A stretch of DNA of 39,388 bases from an uncultured Phycisphaerales bacterium (GTDB lineage Bacteria > Planctomycetota > Phycisphaerae > Phycisphaerales > UBA1924), in NCBI GenBank assembly GCA_937891445.1, contig CALAFV010000276.1, positions 1 through 39,388 of the forward strand, given 5' to 3'. The notes under the pieces were generated by a model. The model saw only the letters and a list, made by a program, of their open reading frames with translations, searched no databases and was not told the origin of the DNA. Every line of letters begins with the position of its first letter. The stretch's first letter is position 1. This document shows positions 32,468-39,388 of the stretch, one piece after another. The position numbers and the translations under genes were made by a program.

Positions 32468-35272
32468 ATGACCTGTGAATCGCCGACGGGGCGTCCCGCG
32501 CCGGCCGACTACCATGGTGCAGGAGCGCCGCCGCCGGTCTCCCCCATGACCCCCGCCCACCGCATCGCCGACGACCTCCGCCCCGACACCCCGGCCCACG
32601 AGGCCGCGGCGGCCGTCCTCCGCGCCTTCCTCCGGCCCCTTCCCCGCGCCGTCGAGCGTGCGTCCGCCGAGGGCAGGAAGAACTCCGCCGAGGACGTCCA
32701 CCACCTCCGCGTCGCCACCCGCCGCGCCGAGGCCGCCCTGCACGTCTTCGACGGCATCGTCCCCGCCAAGCCCGCGACGAAAATGCGCCGGCGGCTCAAG
32801 CGCCTCCGTCGCGCCGCCGGCCGCGCCCGGGATTGCGATACTGCCGCCGTCACGCTCGCGGCCCTTGGAACCAACCTGACGCCGGCCGAGGCCGCCGCCG
32901 CGGAGGCAGCGTTCGCCCAGTTCCGTGCGGACGGCCGGCGCGCCCGACGCGACCTGGCCCGTGCCGCGAAACGCGACACGCCGCGGAAACTCCGCCGCGG
33001 CCGCCGCAAACTTCTCCGCCGCATCGACGATGGCGAACCTGGCCGCCGTCCTCTTTCCGAGGTCCTCGACGCCGCCGCGGCCGGTGCGCTCGACGCGGTT
33101 CGCTCCGCCGCGGCCGCCAACCTCTCCGACCTCGGCGCCCTCCACACCCTCCGCCTGCGCATCAAGCGTCTGCGGTACACGATGGAGTTGATCGACGCTT
33201 GCACCGCTGCGCCCGGCGCGGCCGGCGCCGTGGCGTCACCGGCCGCCGCCGCCGTGGAGTGTCTCACCACCATCCAGGACCAACTCGGCGCTCTCAACGA
33301 CGCCGCCCATCTTGCCGGCCGTCTTGCCGACATGGCCCGCTCGGCCTCGGACCCCACCCTCGCCGCCGGGCTTGCGGCCCTCGCGGCCAGGGCACATGCC
33401 CGCGTGGCCGACCTGCACGCCGCGTTCCTCCGCGACTGGTCCCGCGAACACATCGACTCGGTTCTGGGCGATCCAGTTGTGGCATCCCCGGGGGCCTTGT
33501 CGGCGGATCACGCCGCGCCGGCCCAGCCGGGCACGCCCAACGGGGCCCATCGCCCCGCCACGCGCCACATCGCCCCGGAGGTCCCTCCGCGCGACCCGCG
33601 CCGCATCGCCGCCATCGACGTCGGCACCAACTCCATCCGCCTCATCGTCGCCGAGATGGATGAGCTCGAGCCCGGCTCTCCCGACGCCGGCCCCGGCGGC
33701 TACCGCATCCTCGACGATGAGAAGGAGGTCGCCCGTCTCGGCCGCGGCCTGGAGGCCACGGGCCGCATGGACCCTGCGGCGATGGAGCGTGCCGCCGCCG
33801 TCGTCGCCCAGATGCGCGGGATCGCCGACGGCTACGGCGTCGATCGCCTGCGCGTCGTTGGCACCGCCGTCGTCCGCGACGCCGAGAACGGCGAGGAGTT
33901 CCGCCGCCTCGTGCGAGAGCGCGCCGGCGTGGACCTCGAAGTCATCTCCGCCGAGGAGGAGGCCCGTCTGGCCTTCCTCTCCGCTTCGCACGCCTTCGAC
34001 CTGGCCGGCGCGCCCACGGCCGTCGTGGACATCGGCGGCGGCTCAACCGAAGTCATCCTGGCCGCCTCCGGCGTCCTCGACCGCATCTACACCGTCCCCC
34101 TCGGCGCCGTCCGTCTCACCGAGCGCTTCGGCGGCGCCGAGTCCGCCGCCCGCGACCGGTTCGACGACATGACCCGCGCCGTGCGCCGCGAGTTCAAGGA
34201 GCACATCGGCAAGCCCCCCTTCGTCCCCGCGGTCCTCGTCGGCACCGGCGGCACGTTCGCCGCCCTGGGCAGCATCGCCCTGCACGCCGAACTTGGCCCC
34301 GCGGTGGACGGCCTCTTCTCCGGCTCCGTGCAGGGCTACGAGGTGCGCCGCTGGGAGGTCCGCCACCTCCTCGACTACCTGCGCAAACTCCCCCCGCGCG
34401 AGCGAGAGCACGTCGGCGGCCTCAGCCCCGACCGCGCGGACATCATCGTCGCCGGCCTGACCATCATCGAGGGGCTGATGCGCCACCTGCGCGTCAACAC
34501 CGCGCGGGTCCATGAGGGCGGCATCCGCGACGGCCTGCTGCTCCAGATGATCGGCTTCGGCCCCGCCGGCGCCTCCCCCGGCAGCGGATCAGCACGTGAT
34601 CCCCTCCGCTCGATCATGCGTTTCGCCCGCGCCTGCGGCTACGAGCAGCGGCACTGCCGCCACGTCGCCATGCTCGCGACGCAGATCTTCGACCGCCTCG
34701 CCGCCGAGGCCGAGGCCGGGCGCTTCCCGGACGAGGCCGTCGCCGGCATCTTCACGCCCCGCAACCGCCTGCTCCTCGAGGCCGCCGCGATCGTGCACGA
34801 CGTCGGCTACCTCGTGAACTACGCCGGCCACCACAAGCACTCGTACCACCTGATCGCGCATGCCGACCTCCCCGGCTTCACCGCCCGGGAGATCGAGGTG
34901 ATCGCCAACGTCGCCCGCTACCACCGCCGCGCCGAGCCCAGCGAGAGCCACGCCCACTTCGCGCGCCTCCCCCAGAGCGACCGCCGCACGGTGCTGGCCC
35001 TCTCCGCCATCCTCCGCGTCGCCGACGGCCTGGACCGCACGCACATGCAGCGCGTCCGCGCCGTCCGCGTCGCACCGGCCGAGTCCGGCCGCATCCGCCT
35101 CCTCCTCGAGGCAGAACGCGAGCCCTCTGTGGACATCTGGGGCGCGACGCGCAAGGCCGCCCTCTTCGAGCGCTGCTTCGGCCTCACGCCCATCTTTGAG
35201 TGGACGCTCCCTGGCGAGCCGGCCGCCCACGATGTCCGGCCCGCCGACCCGGCGGCGGTCCCGCTCACCTAG
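32468..35272 (+). CDS. ppx: CHAD domain fused to Ppx/GppA exopolyphosphatase with a C-terminal HD domain
   Basis: The N-terminal ~300 aa carry CHAD-type helices (VHHLRVATRRAEAALHVF, LRRAAGRARDCD, LHTLRLRIKRLRYTMEL). Next comes RIAAIDVGTNSIRLIVAEM...VVDIGGGSTEVIL (Ppx/GppA ASKHA fold), then IVHDVGYLVNYAGHHKHSYHLI...ARYHRR (HD). The start is uncertain: TTG 32465, ATG 32468 or ATG 32546. Confidence 0.88.
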   Translation: MTCESPTGRPAPADYHGAGAPPPVSPMTPAHRIADDLRPDTPAHEAAAAVLRAFLRPLPRAVERASAEGRKNSAEDVHHLRVATRRAEAALHVFDGIVPAKPATKMRRRLKRLRRAAGRARDCDTAAVTLAALGTNLTPAEAAAAEAAFAQFRADGRRARRDLARAAKRDTPRKLRRGRRKLLRRIDDGEPGRRPLSEVLDAAAAGALDAVRSAAAANLSDLGALHTLRLRIKRLRYTMELIDACTAAPGAAGAVASPAAAAVECLTTIQDQLGALNDAAHLAGRLADMARSASDPTLAAGLAALAARAHARVADLHAAFLRDWSREHIDSVLGDPVVASPGALSADHAAPAQPGTPNGAHRPATRHIAPEVPPRDPRRIAAIDVGTNSIRLIVAEMDELEPGSPDAGPGGYRILDDEKEVARLGRGLEATGRMDPAAMERAAAVVAQMRGIADGYGVDRLRVVGTAVVRDAENGEEFRRLVRERAGVDLEVISAEEEARLAFLSASHAFDLAGAPTAVVDIGGGSTEVILAASGVLDRIYTVPLGAVRLTERFGGAESAARDRFDDMTRAVRREFKEHIGKPPFVPAVLVGTGGTFAALGSIALHAELGPAVDGLFSGSVQGYEVRRWEVRHLLDYLRKLPPREREHVGGLSPDRADIIVAGLTIIEGLMRHLRVNTARVHEGGIRDGLLLQMIGFGPAGASPGSGSARDPLRSIMRFARACGYEQRHCRHVAMLATQIFDRLAAEAEAGRFPDEAVAGIFTPRNRLLLEAAAIVHDVGYLVNYAGHHKHSYHLIAHADLPGFTAREIEVIANVARYHRRAEPSESHAHFARLPQSDRRTVLALSAILRVADGLDRTHMQRVRAVRVAPAESGRIRLLLEAEREPSVDIWGATRKAALFERCFGLTPIFEWTLPGEPAAHDVRPADPAAVPLT

Positions 35273-35736
35273 CGGCGCCGGCTCCCGGTGAACCGCGGCA
35301 CCCACTTGGACGTGCGCCGCGTGGCGATGCTGTTCAGCGCCCGCGTGAAATCGCGAGACGCTTGCCGGCCCGTCGCCTTGCCGCCTCCGACGATGGACGA
35401 GTGACCGACGTACGAAACCTTGCCGCCGCCCTTGGGCGCGTTCGCCGGCACCGGGATCGCCCGCGAGGTTGCGTCCTGCGGAGCGGAGATCCTCGCGACC
35501 GCCGCCGTCGTTCCCAGCGAGGCGACGCTCGCCGCACGCAGTTCGTCCTTCGGCGTGCCCGCGTGCTCCATCGCCCAGCGCACGATCTCGGCGGTCTCTT
35601 CCGCGGGGACCGCCGGGCCGACAACCTCGATCGGCTTCGCCCGCTCGGGCCCGCCCGTCACCCACTCATGGATCCCCCACGCGCTCACGCCGATGAGACA
35701 CAGCGAGGCGCCGATCTGGCACCAGGTCAAGGACAT
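35269..35736 (-). CDS. Hypothetical N-terminally membrane-anchored protein (155 aa)
   Basis: G/C strongly dominates the third codon position on the minus strand. ATG at 35736 gives MSLTWCQIGASLCLIGVSAWGI (a TM anchor), then a soluble part with a basic C-terminus. I recognise no family. Confidence 0.55.
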   Translation of the reverse strand: MSLTWCQIGASLCLIGVSAWGIHEWVTGGPERAKPIEVVGPAVPAEETAEIVRWAMEHAGTPKDELRAASVASLGTTAAVARISAPQDATSRAIPVPANAPKGGGKVSYVGHSSIVGGGKATGRQASRDFTRALNSIATRRTSKWVPRFTGSRRR

Positions 35737-35922
35737 ATCCGCTCTCCGATCTTCGTGATGTCGCCGCGACCCCCGCGGCTGCTGCAAACCTACCGCGGCG
35801 CTCGAAGGCTTCAACCCTCGCCGGGTCTGATTCGCGTCGCGCCGGTCCGGTCAGTCCGCGCGTACCGTCCCTGCGGCGGGCGCCGGCAGCCGTGCGCCGT
35901 TCTCGGACCAGGGGACCGCCGC

Positions 35923-36459
35923 GTGATCATCCTCGTCATGGGCGTCAGCGGCAGCGGCAAGTCCACCGTCGGCGGCCTCATCGCCGAACGTCTCGGCTGG
36001 CCATTGATCGACGCCGATCGTTTCCACCCGCCCGAGAACATCCGCCGCATGTCCGCCGGCATTCCGCTCACCGACGCCGACCGCATCCCGTGGCTCCGCG
36101 CCCTGCGATCCGAACTCGACCGCCTCGCCGCGGCCGGCACGAGCGTCGTCCTCGCCTGCTCCGCGCTGAAGCGCTCGTACCGCGCCATCCTGAGCGACGG
36201 CCTGAGCACGGAGTTCCGGATCGTCTTCCTCCGCGGCGATCGCGACACCATCCGCGTCCGCATGGGGTCACGCGAGCACTTCATGAAACCTCACATGCTC
36301 GCGAGCCAGTTCGCGGACCTCGAGGAGCCCGTCGAAGACGGAGCCGTCATCCTCGACATCCACGACGCCCCGCACGATCTGGCCGCGCGGGCGATCCGGC
36401 TGCTGGGCCTTTGTCCCGGCGATCAATCCGCCTGTTCACCGGCTTCCCGCGGCGGATGA
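35923..36459 (+). CDS. gntK: Gluconokinase (GntK/IdnK family, P-loop kinase)
   Basis: VIILVMGVSGSGKSTVGGLIAERLGWPLIDADRFHPPENIRRMSAGIPLTDADRIPWL...VLACSALKRSYR...FLRGD...HFMKPHMLASQFADLEEP aligns motif for motif with E. coli GntK. GTG 35923 is the nearest in-frame start to the P-loop. Confidence 0.85.
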   Translation: MIILVMGVSGSGKSTVGGLIAERLGWPLIDADRFHPPENIRRMSAGIPLTDADRIPWLRALRSELDRLAAAGTSVVLACSALKRSYRAILSDGLSTEFRIVFLRGDRDTIRVRMGSREHFMKPHMLASQFADLEEPVEDGAVILDIHDAPHDLAARAIRLLGLCPGDQSACSPASRGG

Positions 36460-36716
36460 CGCGGCGGCTCAACCGGAATGTGCGGGCGTTTGTAATCCTC
36501 AGGCGCGTGCCCGCGCCCCCCAGGGCGAGCGATGCTCATCCAACTCGGCGGATCGCTCGCGGGGAACGACGCCTCCGACCCGATCTGCACCTCGTCCTTC
36601 CCGGCGATGTCGGCCGCATCATCGGCCCGCGCATGCGGCGGCGATGGTTCCGCCACCCGCCCTGCGCTATCGCTCCGCTCTTCCGGCTCACGGACCTGCC
36701 GATCGCGCTGAGTCAT
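36423..36716 (-). CDS. Small hypothetical protein (97 aa) with an SFPASDPPSW motif
   Basis: On the minus strand, GGAGG lies 6 nt upstream of ATG 36716 (ATGTGGAGGTCAAACATGACTCAG). The protein is hydrophilic and acidic, with no TM segment. It converges on gntK and overlaps its 3' end by 37 nt. Confidence 0.5.
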   Translation of the reverse strand: MTQRDRQVREPEERSDSAGRVAEPSPPHARADDAADIAGKDEVQIGSEASFPASDPPSWMSIARPGGRGHAPEDYKRPHIPVEPPRHPPREAGEQAD

Positions 36717-36866
36717 GTTTGACCTCCACATCCCCCCGGTTGATTGTGGCCCGTCCGCGGCGCCGACGCGTGGGCGTCCTTCACCCGGATTTCAGGCCGG
36801 CGTCCGCGGCCGCTCCTTCCATCCATAGGCGCCTTCGGCCTCGGTCGGATGCGCAGGGAGACGCCC

Positions 36867-37265
36867 ATGGACGCCCGCAGCGACGGCGAAGCCCGTGGCG
36901 CCCGACGCGCCGCCGGGGCTCATCGCGAGGCCGCCGACGAGCACAACCGCCCCGCCGGCGCGGGCGCAGAGCCGCGCCGGCGCGATCCGGAGAGCCCTCC
37001 CGAGCGGCATCGCGCCGAGCGAGGACCGTCTGTCACGACGACACCCAGCCCAGACCCCGCCCAGCCCCCATCCTCCGAGCCCGCCAAGTCGGCAGGCTGG
37101 CTGATCCTCGCCCTCACGATCGTCGTGCTCGCGCTGCTGGTGCTCCCTTGGTTCATCTTCTCGATCGTGATCGCCGCGCCGCTCGCGCTCGTGGCGCTCG
37201 GTATTGCCGCGCTGTACCTCGCCTCGCGACGCCGCAAACGCGACTGGCCGACTTCCCGCCGGTAA
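36867..37265 (+). CDS. Hypothetical membrane protein: disordered N-terminus and two C-terminal TM helices
   Basis: GGGAG lies 7 nt before ATG 36867. The C-terminus GWLILALTIVVLALLVLPWFIFSIVIAAPLALVALGIAALYLASRRRKR is clearly a transmembrane hairpin. Third codon positions are G/C-rich. The alternative starts are 36744 and 36849. Confidence 0.45.
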   Translation: MDARSDGEARGARRAAGAHREAADEHNRPAGAGAEPRRRDPESPPERHRAERGPSVTTTPSPDPAQPPSSEPAKSAGWLILALTIVVLALLVLPWFIFSIVIAAPLALVALGIAALYLASRRRKRDWPTSRR

Positions 37266-37586
37266 GCCGACGCTCGTCGGACGCTTGGCAAACGCACCCC
37301 GCCCGAACGGCTGACAGTCGCTCTCAGACCGCCAAAGTGGCGGCTGGTGCAGGTTCTGCGCACGGACCCCGAACTGGGGGATCCGGGTGGGAATCTCGCA
37401 GTTCCCTGCCGCGAATGCACTTACGGGACCTGGCCAAACGCGCCGCCGTTTGGCACGCCCTGTGTAGAGGAGGGCTTCAGGATCCATCACGCCCCGGCCG
37501 ACGAAGCGTGTAGTGGTGAAACGGCCGCGGAACGTTGCCCACCAATCGGCCAAGAAGCCGATCGATACAAGGGAAAGGAGAGCCGC

Positions 37587-37832
37587 ATGTCACCCGCCGA
37601 CCACCTGAGCGCCGAACGTCTGTGCGAAGCCGCGGAGGCCGCGCTGCGTGCGGCCGCGGACGTCGCGGAATACACGGGCGGGCCGTGGCCCTACCCGGCG
37701 GACCTCATGGGTTCGCCGCTCCAGCCGGACTGGCTCTCGGAGTTCACCAAGTTCGAGATCGAAGCCGCCAGCGAGTTCCTCGTGCGCATGGGGCTGATCG
37801 AGCCGCGCTCGGGCTCGAGGGCGGCCGAGTAA
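37587..37832 (+). CDS. Small hypothetical protein (81 aa)
   Basis: Strong RBS AAGGAGAG lies 6 nt before ATG 37587. Codon bias is good, and a perfect intrinsic terminator follows. Confidence 0.6.
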   Translation: MSPADHLSAERLCEAAEAALRAAADVAEYTGGPWPYPADLMGSPLQPDWLSEFTKFEIEAASEFLVRMGLIEPRSGSRAAE

Positions 37833-37883
37833 GCCGCCCCCTGCGCCCGGTCCCGGCGCGACAACAACACCAACCGGTCACAC

Positions 37884-37917
37884 GGCCGGCGCCCCGCGGC
37901 GCCGGCCGTTTTTCTTT
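37884..37917 (+). terminator. Rho-independent terminator
   Basis: Perfect 10-bp stem GGCCGGCGCC (37884-37893) / GGCGCCGGCC (37898-37907), a CCGC loop, then GTTTTTCTTT. Confidence 0.85.
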
Positions 37918-38124
37918 GGCGGCAGCGGGGGGCGTGGAAGGGTGGGGGGGCGGGCGGTGAGACGATATTCGGCCGGTTCTTGCTCTCGGCCCACACCTTC
38001 GTGCCAATGTCATGGCGTCGAGGCACACGCCGCGCGCACCGAGTTGGTCGCGCCGGCCGCGCGGGAAGGAGCGTGGCCGCTCGGATCCGCGAGATTCCAA
38101 GTCGCTTGGCGAAGGGAGCCGGCC

Positions 38125-38370
38125 ATGGTTGAGACGTACGACGCGACGCGTTCGCGCCCGGTCGAGGCGGAGATCCAGAGCCGCATCTGGACCGCGATCA
38201 TCATCACCTCGATCGCCGCGGGCATCACCGGCGCCGTCATCCGCCACATCTTCGACGACGACCGAGCCGAAACGGCGACAACCGTCCCCGACGCGACCAA
38301 CCGCGGCACGACCAACCCGGCGCCGGCGCCCAGCACGCCGGCGAACACCCCGTCGAACGTCCCGAGGTAG
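38125..38370 (+). CDS. Possible small single-pass membrane protein (81 aa)
   Basis: GAAGGGAG lies upstream of ATG 38125. One TM segment (IWTAIIITSIAAGITGAVI) is followed by a Pro/Thr-rich tail. Long alternative-frame ORFs compete with it, so support is weak. Confidence 0.3.
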   Translation: MVETYDATRSRPVEAEIQSRIWTAIIITSIAAGITGAVIRHIFDDDRAETATTVPDATNRGTTNPAPAPSTPANTPSNVPR

Positions 38371-38465
38371 CCCGCGGCGACGCGGCCGACCCCGCAGGGA
38401 CGTTGGGACCGGAGAAGTGATCGCGGCGTGCACGCGGGCGATGACTCGCGCCGGAGGGGACCGCC

Positions 38466-39374
38466 GTGAGGCTCTTCACGCTCCTGAAGACCGCCGCGAT
38501 GGACTGGATGAACGACCGTGCCCCCGAACTCGGGGCCGCGCTGGCGTTCTACATGATCTTCGCGATGGCGCCGCTGGTGCTGCTGCTGATCGTCATCGCC
38601 GGCGCGGTCTTCGGCGAGCAGGCGGTTCAGGGCGAACTGGTCGGACAGATCGAGCACCTCGTCGGACGCTCGGGCGCGGAAGTCGTGCAGACGCTGGTCG
38701 CAAACGCCGCGAGACCCGCCGGCGGGATCATCGGCACCATTGTCGGCATCGTCCTGGCCATCGTCGGCGCAACCGGCATCCTGGCCCAACTCAAGACGTC
38801 GCTCAACCGCGTTTGGGACGTCGAGCCCAAGCCCGGGCGCGCGATCCGCGACCTGATCCGCACACGGCTCCTCTCGCTCGGCCTCATCCTGCTCGTCGCC
38901 GTGCTGCTGATGGCGTCGGTGGTGCTCAGCGCGGTGCTCTCAGGTGTGCAGGAGCGCCTGGGCCGGTGGGCCGCCGTGCCGGGGTGGGCGCTACGTCTGC
39001 TCAACGAAATGGGCACGGTCGCGATGATGACGCTCCTGTTCGCGGCGGTCTTCAAGTGGCTGCCTGATGTGCGGATCCGCTGGCGCGATGTGTGGGTCGG
39101 AGCCTTCGTCACGGCCGTTCTGTTCGTGATCGGTCGGTACCTCATCGGTCTGTACCTCGGGCGCAGCGCCCCCGGCTCGGTCTACGGCGCCGCAGGATCG
39201 CTCGTCGTCGTGCTCATCTGGCTGTACTACTCGGCGCAGATCATCCTCTTCGGCGCCGAGGTGACGCAGGTGTACGCCTCGATGTACGGCGAGGGGATCC
39301 AGCCTTCGGCCTACGCGGTGCGCCCGCCGTGGGCCCGCAAGCCCGCGCTCCGCGGCGAGGCCGCGGCGGCGTGA
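38466..39374 (+). CDS. YihY/BrkB-family (formerly 'RNase BN') inner-membrane protein
   Basis: DWMNDRAPELGAALAFYMIFAMAPLVLLLI..., GELVGQIEHLVG, SLNRVWDV..KPGR, and the C-terminal SLVVVLIWLYYSAQIILFGAEVTQVY are the YihY family pattern. GTG start. About 6 TM helices. Confidence 0.85.
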   Translation: MRLFTLLKTAAMDWMNDRAPELGAALAFYMIFAMAPLVLLLIVIAGAVFGEQAVQGELVGQIEHLVGRSGAEVVQTLVANAARPAGGIIGTIVGIVLAIVGATGILAQLKTSLNRVWDVEPKPGRAIRDLIRTRLLSLGLILLVAVLLMASVVLSAVLSGVQERLGRWAAVPGWALRLLNEMGTVAMMTLLFAAVFKWLPDVRIRWRDVWVGAFVTAVLFVIGRYLIGLYLGRSAPGSVYGAAGSLVVVLIWLYYSAQIILFGAEVTQVYASMYGEGIQPSAYAVRPPWARKPALRGEAAAA

Positions 39375-39388
39375 CGGCTCAGCCCCTG

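Noticed and set aside
35200-35922. Long N-terminal extension of the gluconokinase ORF (track ORF 35200..36459)
   Set aside because: The extension is Arg/Pro-rich and overlaps a minus-strand ORF that has much better codon bias. GntK homologues begin a few residues before the P-loop, which fits GTG 35923.
37451-37466. Sigma-54-like box TGGCACGCCCTGTGT
   Set aside because: The -24 half is perfect, but the -12 element reads GT instead of GC. No enhancer-binding-protein gene is nearby, so the evidence is insufficient.
36792-37553. 253-aa minus-strand ORF across the 36.8-37.5 kb region
   Set aside because: The translation is Arg/Gly/Ala-rich with no start context. The plus strand offers a convincing transmembrane hairpin ORF, and the rest of the span looks non-coding.
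38010-39067. Long overlapping ORFs 38010..38789 (-) and 38012..39067 (+, 351 aa)
   Set aside because: Both are extremely Arg-rich alternative frames of the YihY-family gene and its upstream region. The YihY frame has clear TM helices and family motifs.

Overview
Very GC-rich bacterial chromosomal DNA: third codon positions are almost all G/C, and off-frame or antisense ORFs are the usual Arg/Pro/Gly-rich artefacts. I saw no rRNA, tRNA, CRISPR array, transposase or integrase. Almost all real genes are on the + strand, in four blocks. (1) 1-11.06 kb is a two-partner secretion (TPS) operon: the 3' end of a TpsB outer-membrane transporter, a 3536-aa TpsA beta-helical exoprotein with nested internal repeats, and a clean intrinsic terminator. 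(2) 11.08-24.5 kb is a type VI secretion (T6SS) structural operon in the order tssA-tssB-tssC-hcp-tagJ-tssE-tssF-tssG-clpV-vgrG. This matches one arm of the Pseudomonas aeruginosa H1-T6SS. No tssJ, tssK, tssL, tssM, fha or regulator gene is present anywhere in the window. (3) 24.5-32.4 kb is a VgrG-linked cargo module and the most interesting part. It holds a DUF4123 adaptor, a 119-aa ORF in the position of a co-chaperone, a 1339-aa Cys-rich protein with prealbumin-like beta-sandwich domains and a lone HEFGH zinc-peptidase motif that I cannot place in a known effector family, a beta-propeller lipoprotein (candidate immunity protein), a DUF4280 PAAR-like cap and an exported S1/P1-type nuclease. 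(4) 32.5-39.4 kb is housekeeping or miscellaneous: a CHAD-Ppx/GppA-HD fusion, gluconokinase, several small membrane or hypothetical ORFs, and a YihY/BrkB-family membrane protein. All family assignments come from motif recognition by eye. No database search was run.
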